Assembly: GCF_006345805.1 (NCBI RefSeq)
Contig: NC_043002.1
Location: 5,518,001 to 5,582,000 of the forward strand
DNA from: Octopus sinensis
Lineage: Eukaryota
Direction of reading: 5' to 3'
Length of the DNA stretch: 64,000 bases
A program made the position numbers and the translations under genes. How positions within the stretch are numbered: the first letter of the stretch is position 1; each line of letters opens with the position of its first letter. Below, one piece after another: positions 41,200 through 51,996 of this stretch. A model generated the notes under the pieces. That model was not told where the DNA came from. It searched no databases and worked only from the letters and a program-made list of their open reading frames with translations.

Positions 41200-41410
41200 G
41201 GGGGAGGAGGAGGAGGTGGTGGTGGTGGTGGTGGAGGAGGAGGAGGAGGAGGAGGAGGAAGAGGAAGAGGAAGAGGAAGAAGAAGAAGAGGAAGAGGAGG
41301 AAGAAGAAGAAGAGGAGGAGAAGAAGAGGAGGAGGAGGAGGAGGAAGAGGAAGAGGAGGTGGTGGTGGAGGAGGAGGAGGACGACGATGATGAAGACGAC
41401 GACGACAATA
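41200..41410. repeat. (GAG)/(GTG)/(GAA)/(GAC) compound microsatellite
   Basis: Direct observation; source of the poly-E, poly-P and poly-S pseudo-ORFs. Confidence 0.97.
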
Positions 41411-41749
41411 ATATAAAAAGAAGCGCACCAGAAAACGTTGAAGAAAGATTTTTGCCTCTGACAAATAATACATATTAGAAATTACAGGTATTGTGAGAAC
41501 GTATCAATGTTTTAGCAGATATCGAGTCAGGTGTAGAGAGAATTTTTCTGATAAAGTGTTGCAGTAATTTTGGACTGTTCAAAACAAGATGCAGCGGCAA
41601 TCCACTTGGGATTAATTACTAAACAACTGTCTGCTCTACTGTTTATTTTTTCAATAAGAGAAGATCCAGATGATTCTTCAACAAAGGAACATTGTTCTGA
41701 GAAATTTTCTTTCAAGCTGTTACTTTTCTTAATAATTTCCACCTCTTAC

Positions 41750-42330
41750 GTGGAGCGTTGGCAGAATCGTTAGCACGCCGGGCGAAATGCTTTGCAGTAT
41801 TTCGTCTGCCGTTACGTTCTGAGTTCAAATTCCGCAGAGGTCGACTTTGCCTTTCATCCTTTCCGGGTCGATTAAATAAGTTCCATTTACGCACTGGAGT
41901 CGATGTAATCGATTTAATCCGTTTGACTGTCCTTGTTTGTCCTCTCTGTGTTTAGCCCCTTGTGGGTAGTAAAGAAATAGGTATTTCGTCTGCCGCTACT
42001 TTCTAAGTTCAAATTCCGCCGAGGTCGACTTTGCCTTTCATCCTTTCGGGGTCGATTAAATAAGTACCAGTTACGCACTGGGGTCGATGCAGTCGACTTA
42101 ATCCGTTTGTCTGCCCTTGTTTGTCCTCTCTGTGTTTAGCCCCTTGTGGGCAGTAAAGAAATACGTATTTCAATCGTCTTTACGATCAGAGTTCAAATTC
42201 TGCCGAGGGGTCGACTTTACTCTTCCCCTTTTCGGGGGTCGATAAGTATCAGTCAACCACTGTGGTCGATGTAATCGGCTTACACCTGCCCCCGAAGCTG
42301 CTGGCCTCGTGCCAAAATCCGAAACTAAAA
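41750..42330 (+). mobile_element. SINE family A trimer (third unit older, with a different tail)
   Basis: Three tandem units restarting at tatttcgtctg / tatttcaatcg. Confidence 0.85.
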
Positions 42331-42769
42331 ATTTCTTCGTCTTCTACCAGTGCTGTTTATTTACTTTGACTGAACAACCTATCACACTCAAGTGAGAAAT
42401 TGTACGATACTTCTAAATTCTTGAAAATTTTTATATGCTTTTTTTTAATCATGTGCGTAAATGTATGTCTGAAGACGGGTCAAAGCCGAAAATAATATTT
42501 GAATTAATTCCATTTAATAATATCTATGAAACCGAAAGTAAACAAAACGATATATCTCGAGGCTTAAAACTGGCCGTAAATTTAATTAAATAATTAATAT
42601 TTTTTTACGATTAACTTAATTCCAATTTTTCCAATTTTATATATTATATATTTTATTTATTATGCAATCACACCTGTTTTTTTTATAGATATTTTATTTT
42701 AATAACTATTAGGTGTTGTGAGAGAAATCGTTGATATTATGTAGGTTTTTTATAATTTAATATATATAT

Positions 42770-42815
<46 letters not shown>

Positions 42816-42829
42816 CATACATACATACA

Positions 42830-42923
<94 letters not shown>

Positions 42924-43013
42924 GTATAAGGGTGAAAAGGAACACACGAGTTGATATATATGAAAAAACAAGTCAAAAATAGAAAATGCTAAAATAATTT
43001 TATAGTGAACTTT

Positions 43014-43051
43014 CAGTACCGGTTTCGGTCATTTTGAGACCTTTTCAACTG
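43014..43051 (-). ncRNA. Hammerhead-like motif, U3-A8 core variant
   Basis: CAG-UUGAAAA-GGUC ucaaaau GACC-GAAA-CCGGU-A-CUG. Confidence 0.6.
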
Positions 43052-43961
43052 TAACGATTAATAATTAAATTTAGAAAAATTAGAAGAAAAGTTTTTTTAA
43101 AAGAATATTTCTATAGTAGTGTTCAGATTTAAGTGGCATTCTGCCTTTCTCTGACTCCCTTGTTTGCACTTGTGTGTTGGAGGTCGTTGTGAGTTCTTGG
43201 TAGGGTAGTAGAGGAAGAAGACTGATGAGGAAAGGGGGTGGGAGAATCTGGGAGTGCCCTGATGGTCGTATTTTGAATGGTCAGTGGCGGCTGGCAGTCT
43301 CAGTTCAATTCAGGAGAATATTTATATTGACAGGCTTGTTTATAGAATTTGCGTAGGTGTTATACTAAAAGACATTAGTGACAAAGTTAAGGGGTAGGAG
43401 GTGGAGAAGAAGAAGAAGAAGAAGAAGAAGAAGAAGAAGAAGAGAAGAAGAAGAAGAAGAAGAAGAAGAAGAAGAAGAAGAAGAAGAAGATGACGATGTT
43501 GATGATGATGATGATGAAGAAGAAGAAGAAGAAAAAACAGAGAAGGGAGAATATGAATGGGTTAAAGTAGTGAGGTGTTGTATGACTTGAAGTTGGTATG
43601 TTGTGGATTATAGCTGTGATTTTAGCTGTGATTAGTAATGGATTCTTTGGAATGTAATATTTGTGTGTGAATATTTCTTTTATTCTAAAGTTGAGGTATA
43701 TTAATTGTTTGTCATAGACCCGTTAAGAAGTGGCCTGTATTTTGCAATAAAGAGAGTTTCTTTACTTATTCGTTGTCTCGAGGTTGTATCGTCCCTAAAT
43801 TGACTACCCTACCAAGAACTCACAACGACCTCCAACACACAAGTGCAAACAAGGGAGTCAGAGAAAGGCAGAATGCCACTTAAATCTGAACACTACTATA
43901 GAAATATTCTTTTAAAAAAACTTTTCTTCTAATTTTTCTAAATTTAATTATTTAATCGTTA

Positions 43962-43999
43962 CAGTTGAAAAGGTCTCAAAATGACCGAAACCGGTACTG
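43962..43999 (+). ncRNA. Hammerhead-like motif, U3-A8 core variant (mirror copy)
   Basis: Identical 38-nt sequence in the inverted arm. Confidence 0.6.
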
Positions 44000-44048
44000 A
44001 AATGTTCACTATAAAATTATTTTAGCATTTTCTATTTTTGACTTGTTT

Positions 44049-44091
<43 letters not shown>

Positions 44092-44092
44092 T

Positions 44093-44124
<32 letters not shown>

Positions 44125-44143
44125 CATACATACATATATATAT

Positions 44144-44328
44144 ATAGGAAGAGTTTACGAAAAAACAAAAGACGAAGACAGGTGGTATACAAAACAAACA
44201 GATGTATTAGTATAAGGCTCAGGAATAGAAAAAGTCTTTTACGTTTCGAGCCTACGCTCTTCTACAGAAAGGGACACAGAGAAAACAAGGAGAGAAAAAA
44301 ATGTGTGTAGTGGCTAACGATCTATCAT
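44144..44328 (-). mobile_element. Penelope-like terminal repeat remnant (second copy at 50484-50704)
   Basis: Two about 90% identical copies, each next to (TA)n and each carrying a hammerhead-like fold. Confidence 0.6.
44236..44271 (-). ncRNA. Hammerhead-like motif, A6U variant
   Basis: CUUU-CUGUAGA-A-GAGC guag GCUC-GAAA-CGU-A-AAAG. Confidence 0.5.
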
Positions 44329-44384
44329 ATATAAATGCAAATAATTAGAAAATGGAGAAAACCACAGATTAACCAACACATCGA

Positions 44385-44700
44385 TTGGACCACATGCGAG
44401 AATAAAGACCTCCCGAACAAATGAAGACATCATGAAAATTCATGAACTGATCGTGGAGGACCGTTACCGAACAATTGACAGACTTTTTGATATGATTGGT
44501 GTGTCCTGGAGCTCCTGGCAACGAATTTTGAGTGAAGAATTGCAAATGAAAAGAGTTGCAGCAAAAGTTGTGCTTCACTTGCTCACGGAAGATCAAAAGC
44601 AGTTACAACTGAATGCGTGTCGTGAACTGAAAGAACAGTTGGATGTTGATCAGAACCTTTTTTCGAAAGTCATCACTGATGACGAAATCTCGTGCTGCGG
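44385..44700 (+). mobile_element. mariner transposase fragment
   Basis: IHELIVEDRYRTIDRL...RILSEELQMKRVAAKVVLHLLTEDQK...KVITDDE matches the mariner WVPHxL and ITGDE regions. Confidence 0.85.
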
Positions 44701-44888
44701 AATTTTCAGATGTGGAAGAGATGAAGAAGAGGTGAATAAAAAAAAATGACGGAGGCTTTAAAAGGCCTCACTTCGCAAGAGTTCCAACTCTGCTTCGAAC
44801 AGTGCAAAACGCGTCTGGGCCGATACATTGCGATAAAAGTCGATAAAAGTGTGAACATGTATATATATATATAAGTGTGAACTCATAC

Positions 44889-44960
<72 letters not shown>

Positions 44961-44987
44961 ATATGTGACAAATTATTCGATAGCCAC

Positions 44988-45048
44988 GATAAAACTCTGA
45001 GTTTCGGATGCCGAGGTGGAAATCCACACCACCATCTCTTCGGTTATC
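44988..45048 (-). ncRNA. Hammerhead-like motif, U4C variant, extended stem II
   Basis: GAUAA-CCGAAGA-GAUG...CAUC-C-GAAA-CUC a GAG-U-U-UUAUC. Confidence 0.55.
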
Positions 45049-46594
45049 TGGCGTAAAATTAATTTGCGAATTGACAGCTCATTTCGAAATGCAAACAAAA
45101 ACATCCTTTTAAAGTTAATAAAAGAGAAATTAGAAAGAAATGGTCAGTTTGTGTCTTTCTTTTGATAACAGGTGTTTTATCTTCTAAAATGCTACAGTCA
45201 TATAAAGCAGCTACATCAATCATACTGTTGAGAAATGAAAACAGAATTCGATGATTATGATGTTTAATAACTGACATTTAAATATTTACTTATTCGTTTC
45301 ACTTAGAAAGTTTATTTTCGTACTTTCCTGATTTCATTCTCTTTTCTTTTTCAATCTGTATGTTCTTAAAGCAAAGCATCGTCTAAGCTTTTCTAAAACA
45401 ACCATGGATGTTTTATATGCGTGTGTGTATTTCTATAATATAAAATCAACAGGGAGAGAAATTCTGTTCTAATTCTTTTCTTTTCAATTATTGATATAAA
45501 CTATGAAATAAAGTGAAAAATGCGTTATTCCCAATAATATAGATACTAAGTTACGGACACAGAATGCGTATACATAAATGCAGGCGAGATTATTTTTAAT
45601 AGTCAGTCTGTCATACCAAATTACCTTTTTCGCTTTACACATACCTGTATGTATGTACCTATTTATCTGCTATTCCGTTCAATATAGCCCATCCCATAAC
45701 AACTTTGTCATTTAATCCCCTTCTCCCTCCTCCTCCTCTTCCTATACCTCCTCTCATCTTCCTTCTCCTTCTCCTCTTCTTCCCCCCCTTTATCCGCCTC
45801 ATCTTCTTCATCTTCCTTATCACCTTCCTACTCCTCATCTTCCTCCTTCTCGTTTTCCCCTTTCTCATCTTCTATCCTCTTCTTCCTCATCTCCCTCCTC
45901 TTCTTCCTCCACGTCTTCTGATTCTGATTCTATGATTTTTTTTCTCTCTCTCACAGTGTGTACGTAGCGTTGCTTTACTCATTGTCTGCCACCGAGCCTA
46001 GTATATACACTCATTCTGCACCCGTTACGTTATCTCTCTGTATCTCTTTATATAGCTTTCCCAGCCTCTATAAAGCGTTAACAGAGAAATCAGCCAGCCA
46101 ACAAACCAGCATTTAGATCCCTACTTCACACACACACATTACACACGCGCGAGCGCACGCACACACATACGTATATATGCATACATACATACATCATATA
46201 TATATATATATATTATCTATATATATATATATGCATACACGCACGCACACACATATACTTGCAAACAGAACGCACGTGCATACAAGGACGCTGACCACCA
46301 CAAAAGTAGAGCGTCTCGCCAACTACACTTATATACATATGCGTACACTTCAAGAGGAGCCGGACAACAAAAGGCTCATCCACTACCACCATCACCACCA
46401 CCGTAAAACATCAGACACGCAAAGCCGTCACGGAGAACTCATTGAGAAATCTACTGAAATGTTAAGACCTCTCCACAAACCAATCAGTTAATAAAGAGAT
46501 TAGACATCATTTGCGTAGTTTAATGTCGTTATACCCTTGACAAATGTATTGAATGTCACCCATGTTATTTCATCCTAAATATATATATATATAT

Positions 46595-46646
<52 letters not shown>

Positions 46647-47827
46647 CACATATATATTTTTATATTTATATGTGTGTGTGTGTGTGTCTGAGATCATGTG
46701 ACTCTATAAGGAAAGCCGAGGCTGTCACGTTCTTTCCTATGTCAAGGAAGGCGTGTTTGACATTTAATTAACAAGAGCAGACAAACAGAAGTTATTGTCT
46801 GTAACATCGAAGGAAGCGACAGAGGGAGATGACAGAGTTCAAAGAAGGGTCAGTCGTTATATAGAGTTAATGGAGTGTGTCTCTGGGTGTGTTTTGGGAA
46901 GGGAGACTTTGACATATAAATGATTAAATGGTGTCTTACTGGGGTGACATTTTGTAAATCTGTATATTATGTTTGAGTGCGCGTGTGTTTGGGACTGTGG
47001 ATAGGCGCGTGCAAGATTGTGTATAAGAGGGAAGAATTGTATGAGAAAGCGTGTATATGTGCCAAAACGAACGAATATTGCCTTGTGTGTGTGTGTGTGT
47101 GTGTGTGTTGTGTGTGTGCAAGACAGCATGTGTGAGGGAGCAAGAGAAAGAGAGTAAAGAGAGAAAGTGGGGGAGAGAAAATGTATGTGTTGTGAGAGTA
47201 AGTGTGTGCGTATATGTGAGAGAGGATGGGGTGTATGTGAGCGAGAAATGCGGATTGACGAAGCGAGAAAGAGAGAGGGAGAGATTTACTGTTGCTTAAC
47301 CTAGGTCAGCCCTGATCAAGTAGAACTTTGATAAGACGTTCCAATAGAAACCATCTCGTCTTTTATTGAGATTATAGTGCTTTCCAAGATAACATAATCC
47401 ATATGTTCATTTTAAAAGTGGTTTGAGTGAGATTTAGCTTTTGTTGCCAGCAAGTCGAGCGAATGCGTAGAGACTTCTCCATTGGTTTGTAAAAGATAGT
47501 GTGTGAAAGATCGAAACGTCCATTTTGTTCAACAGTTGTCTCTAAATACTTACTGACCCTCTCGGAATCTGCATTTATCCCCAAAATTTAGACTAAAGGA
47601 TCTTAGTGGAATTCTAACCCCTCTTTGCTGTTTTGGGATTTAAAACAAACCAAAGGGGATCGGTTTAAATATTAATTACTCAGGTGATTTTAACTAAGTC
47701 GTATTTTTTTTAACTTTCAGTATATTGCATGTATAAAATCCCTCCTGTACTTGTATTGAGTATGCCGAACATTCTCCACGAAGGTGTTACCTCCTCAGCC
47801 ATAATATGTATATGGTGTGTATGAAAG

Positions 47828-47861
47828 ACAGAGAGAGAGAGAGAGAGAGAGAAAGAAGAAA

Positions 47862-47892
<31 letters not shown>

Positions 47893-47970
47893 AAGAAAGA
47901 AAGAAAGAAGAAAGAAAGAAAGAAAGAAGAAAGAAAGAAGAAAGAAAGAAGAAAGAGGGAAAGAAAGAAG

Positions 47971-48017
<47 letters not shown>

Positions 48018-48096
48018 AGAAAGAAAGAGAAAGAAAGAAAGAAAGAAGAAAGAAGAAAGAAGAAGAAAGAAAGAAAGAAGAGAGAGAGAAAGAGAA
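47828..48096. repeat. (GA)n/(GAAA)n purine tract
   Basis: Direct observation. Confidence 0.97.
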
Positions 48097-48819
48097 TATG
48101 TGTGTGTGTACTGTGTGTGTGTGTGTACGATCTTGTATGTCGGTAAAAGTGGTTTCCTCAGAAGTGTGAACAGAAATCGTTTTTTTTTTTTTTTGTTTGA
48201 GATTTGGGGTTCAGAAAGTAAACTAAAAGTAAATCAAGAGGAAATTCCCATTTACATTCTCCGATGTAGATGTTTTAGCGACGTCATTTTTGCGGACATT
48301 GTACCTCGTTTTGTATGCGTTGTTAACACAAAGTTTTGGATTGGAAATCTCTGCAAAGTTTTCTGGTGCTATTCCTAAACTACACCGAATATTGAACAAA
48401 CAACATATCTTTTATCATCTTTTATTTTATATTTTTGCTCTATAGCTATTTTACCTGTTCTGGAAATAAAGGTTCAATCTCCAATCTCTCGCCTAGATCA
48501 GAACATCACTCGAAGAGTATTGGAAAAAATAGTGATAGACATAATGTAGCAAGCAACATAAATGAGGAAGTATTCGGCAGAAATAAAATTATTGTTTTGC
48601 AACTATATGGTTCCGTGTTCGATCTTACGCATGACACCTTGAACAGTTGTTTTTTTTACTGCAATCACGGGCTGATGAATGAGTGTAATTGAAAAATTGC
48701 TAGACAGAATCTGTACAGAAGTCCATCTTAAATGCGAGCGTGTCTATGTATGGTATCTATCTATTTACCTGTGTATGTGTGTGTGTATACATACATATGT
48801 ACGTACGTATGTATGTATG

Positions 48820-48850
<31 letters not shown>

Positions 48851-49770
48851 TATATATAATATATATAATATATATATATATATGTACATATATATAAACA
48901 TGTATACATGCATGTATGTGTGTGTAGTGGCTTCATGTAGGCATGGCATAGATTCGATCCCCGATAGCCAAATTTCACTTAACACTTCAACACCAATTTT
49001 CTCACGGTAAAGCAATAGTTGTTCTATGACTGACAGCAGTTACATTTGCCAGATGCCTTCACTAAACAGAATAATGTCTTCGCTAGAATAGAGATAACAG
49101 CCGGCCAATGAAATTCATTGTACTCAACGATATGTCTGTCCTTCTGGCTAGCTTTGATAGTTATAAAAATAAGAACTCCGTAAGCCAAAGTCACTATCAG
49201 TGAATCATGGCCACCAGCAGGCAGTCAACTAGAGACCAAACGGCCAGAAGGAAAAAGAAAGTTATAATCAGCGGCTATACAAGACAACTTCCCCCAACTC
49301 TCTTACTTTCACTATCTCACTTTCTTTTCTATGTAACATTACCATATCTCTCTATATATAATACTACTATGAGATCGTGTACACACATACCGGCCGAAAT
49401 TAACTCTTTTTACCTCGCATGCTTTTCCATTTATTAGTTCTAAATACCAACCCGTCGTGGTTTTGGATTTATACAAAGTAACGGTAAATGAAAATCTCTT
49501 TACAACTTCAATCACTGTTCATCTTTGACATCTTACAACAATGCCGTTGTAATAAATCTGTGCCGTTACAATTGGTGACGACTCCGACGTTCCATCCTAT
49601 TGCTTATCAATTATTGTTTAAACCGTTACAATTGGTGATCTTCGATTGCAACGAATACCAACCGTTACAATTGGTGATCCCGACGTTGCACTATAAAAGG
49701 CATCAATTTCGTATAATTAAACGAGACAGATTGTTACCAGAGTTTTACCAGAAAGGAAAAACAAAAAACC

Positions 49771-49998
49771 ATTGCAGTGTGGAAGGTGTTTATAAGCCAT
49801 TTAAGAAACACACAAAAACCGTTAGATTCACTTCAACATTTAAATTTAATTTGTCAAAAAATATTTTCGTCGCTTTGAGACCGCGACCTGTTCACTGACA
49901 AAGCTTCGTGCTGCATCTCTAACATTTAAATGTTGAAGTGAATCTAACGGTTTTTGTGTGTTTCTTAAATGGCTTATAAACACCTTCCACGCTGCAAT
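49771..49998. repeat. Foldback element: 75-bp inverted repeats (74/75 identical) around a 78-nt loop
   Basis: 49771-49845 versus 49924-49998. Confidence 0.85.
49851..49901 (-). ncRNA. Hammerhead-like motif, G3-C8 core variant, in the loop of a foldback element
   Basis: UUGUCA-GUGAACA-G-GUCGC ggucucaaa GCGAC-GAA-AAUAUU-U-(UU)-UGACAA. Stem III is the palindrome AAUAUU; there are two extra U in the homopolymer before stem I. Confidence 0.5.
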
Positions 49999-50217
49999 TG
50001 TTTCGTTCCAGCACACGATCTCAGATCAAGTCACTCGCTATGTAAATACATCTCCGGAAAAACAACAATTGTCATTAAATTTGACTGAGGGTGTAAGAAC
50101 ACCTACATTGCTAGAAATAAGAGCTGAAGGGCTCTGTTGCTACTGTCAACGCACATAAATAGTATACATACATGCTGGCGGCGACGGTAAATGGACGAGA
50201 AGTGGCAATCGTGATAT

Positions 50218-50265
50218 CCCTTTACCGTACGGTTTCAGCTTTAGACCGAAAGCTCATCGAAAGGG
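50218..50265 (-). ncRNA. Hammerhead-like motif, UCGAUGA core variant, 10-nt palindromic stem III
   Basis: CCCUU-UCGAUGA-GCUUU cggucu AAAGC-U-GAA-ACCGUACGGU-A-AAGGG. Confidence 0.55.
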
Positions 50266-50483
50266 TCGGCACAAATCGCCAGATTCCGGACTACATCACC
50301 ACGCGCATATATGTCTGCTCCATAAAAATTTATGGATGATTTAGCGAAGTGCTAATGTGTACACGAATAACTAAATGAGGCAGCTAGTTAGTAGAGTTTC
50401 ATACATTCATACATACATACATATATATATATATAATATATATATATATATAATATATATATATATTATATATATATATATAT

Positions 50484-50704
50484 ATAGGGAGAGTTTACGA
50501 AAAAAACAAAAGACGAAGACAGTGGTGTACAAAACAAACAGTTGTATTAGTATAACGCTCAGGAATAGAAAAAGTATTTTACGTTTCGAGCCTACGCTCT
50601 TCTACAGAAAGAGACACAGAAAAAACAAGGAGAGAAACAAGGAGAGAAACAAGGAGAGAATCAAGGAGAAAAAATGTGTGTAGTGGCTAACGATCTATCA
50701 TGGC
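50484..50704 (-). mobile_element. Penelope-like terminal repeat remnant, copy 2, with an (acaaggagaga)n expansion
   Basis: Aligns with 44144-44328. Confidence 0.6.
50577..50610 (-). ncRNA. Hammerhead-like motif, A6U variant (second copy, 3-bp stem I)
   Basis: UUU-CUGUAGA-A-GAGC guag GCUC-GAAA-CGU-A-AAA. Confidence 0.45.
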
Positions 50705-50715
50705 GACTGTATATG

Positions 50716-50755
<40 letters not shown>

Positions 50756-50756
<1 letters not shown>

Positions 50757-51530
50757 TCTTTATTCTTTTACTTGTTTCAGCCATTTGACTGTGACCATGC
50801 TGGAGCACCGCCTTTTTTCTTAGTCGATCAAATCCACCCCAGGACTTATTCTTTGTAAGCCTAGTACTTATTATTGTAAGCCTAGTACTTACAGGGACGT
50901 AAACACACTAACATCGGTTGTCCCGCGATGCTGGGGGGGGGGACAAACACAGACACATACATATACTCACATACATATATATATATACATATATACGACG
51001 GGCTTCTTTCAGTTTCCGTCTACCAAATCCACTCACAAGGCTTTGGTCGGCCCGAGGCTATAGTAGAAGACATTTGACCAGGGTGTCACGTAGGACTGAA
51101 CCCGGAATTATGTGGTTGGTAAGCAAGTTACTTACCACATATACACACACTTTTATTTGTTTCAGTCATTAGACTGCATACTGAGGCACTACCTTGAAGA
51201 ACTTTTAATCGAATGAATCGGCCCCACTACTTAATTTTCAAAGCCTGGTACTTAATCTATCGGACTGTTTTGCCGAACCGCTAAGTTACGGAGACAAACG
51301 CAGACACCAAGACATACACATACACGCACGCACGCACACACACACACACACACCACACACACACACACCACACACACACGCACACACACACACATACACA
51401 CGACTGGCTTCTTTCAGTTCCTGTGTACCAAATCCATTCACTAGGCTTTTGTCGGCCCGAGGTTATAGTAGAAGACACTTGCCCAAGGTGCCACGCAGTG
51501 GTACTGAACCTGGAACCAAGTGGTTGAGAA
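50756..51530 (-). mobile_element. Two adjacent SINE family C copies
   Basis: Reverse complement of the 57066-57480 family, twice in tandem. Confidence 0.8.
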
Positions 51531-51683
51531 GCAAATTCTCTTGTTCATCAAGTCTCTTTAGCGTTGATGATAATTATTTTCAGAATAAGTACAGGGAAAC
51601 AACTCTGAAACTCAAAGTAAATAAAAATTTAATTGCAATATGCAACGAGTAACGGGCCTCGTATTTGTTTAGTACTGTAACAA

Positions 51684-51720
51684 CTCATACGTTTCGATAT
51701 TATTATACCTCCTCAGTGAA
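51684..51720 (-). ncRNA. Minimal type I hammerhead ribozyme motif, canonical core
   Basis: UUCA-CUGAGGA-GGUAU aaua AUAUC-GAAA-CGU-A-UGAG. Stems I and II pair, stem III is the palindrome ACGU, and the cleavage triplet is GUA. Confidence 0.75.
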
Positions 51721-51996
51721 GCATAATTGTATAAATACTTAGCAGAACTTTATAACGACTGGAAGAATAAACAAATTTTCATTATAAAAATTATTTAGTG
51801 TACATACCAAAGAACAAATTTATTCAGCACTGTATGAAACCAATCAAATTTTAATTAATTTTATTTGGTATTTGTCTTCTTTGCCTTTCTCAAGAATTAT
51901 CATTAACGTTAATTTTTTTCATTTTCACTGTGTAAATTTAATTAATATTTTTGCTTCAATAAATTAAGTTAACTCTGATTTAATCATATTTAATTA

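Larger units (their letters stand above)
42955..44059 (-). mobile_element. Penelope-like element: GIY-YIG C-terminal remnant, 3' region and an inverted copy of the terminal about 250 bp
   Basis: Arms 42955-43209 and 43803-44059 are near-perfect reverse complements. Minus strand 43790-43715 reads, with a frameshift, FRDDTTSRQRISKETL/FIAKYRPLLN, like the end of a GIY-YIG domain. Hammerhead-like fold in each arm; internal (GAA)n tract. Confidence 0.75.

Noticed and set aside
42469-42500. CUGAAGA...CCGAAA hammerhead-like core
   Set aside because: Stem II is only 2 bp, stem III is not palindromic and stem I is absent. At best a dead remnant.
48665-48700. CUGAUGA followed by GAAA
   Set aside because: No stem II, stem III or stem I pairing; a chance match.
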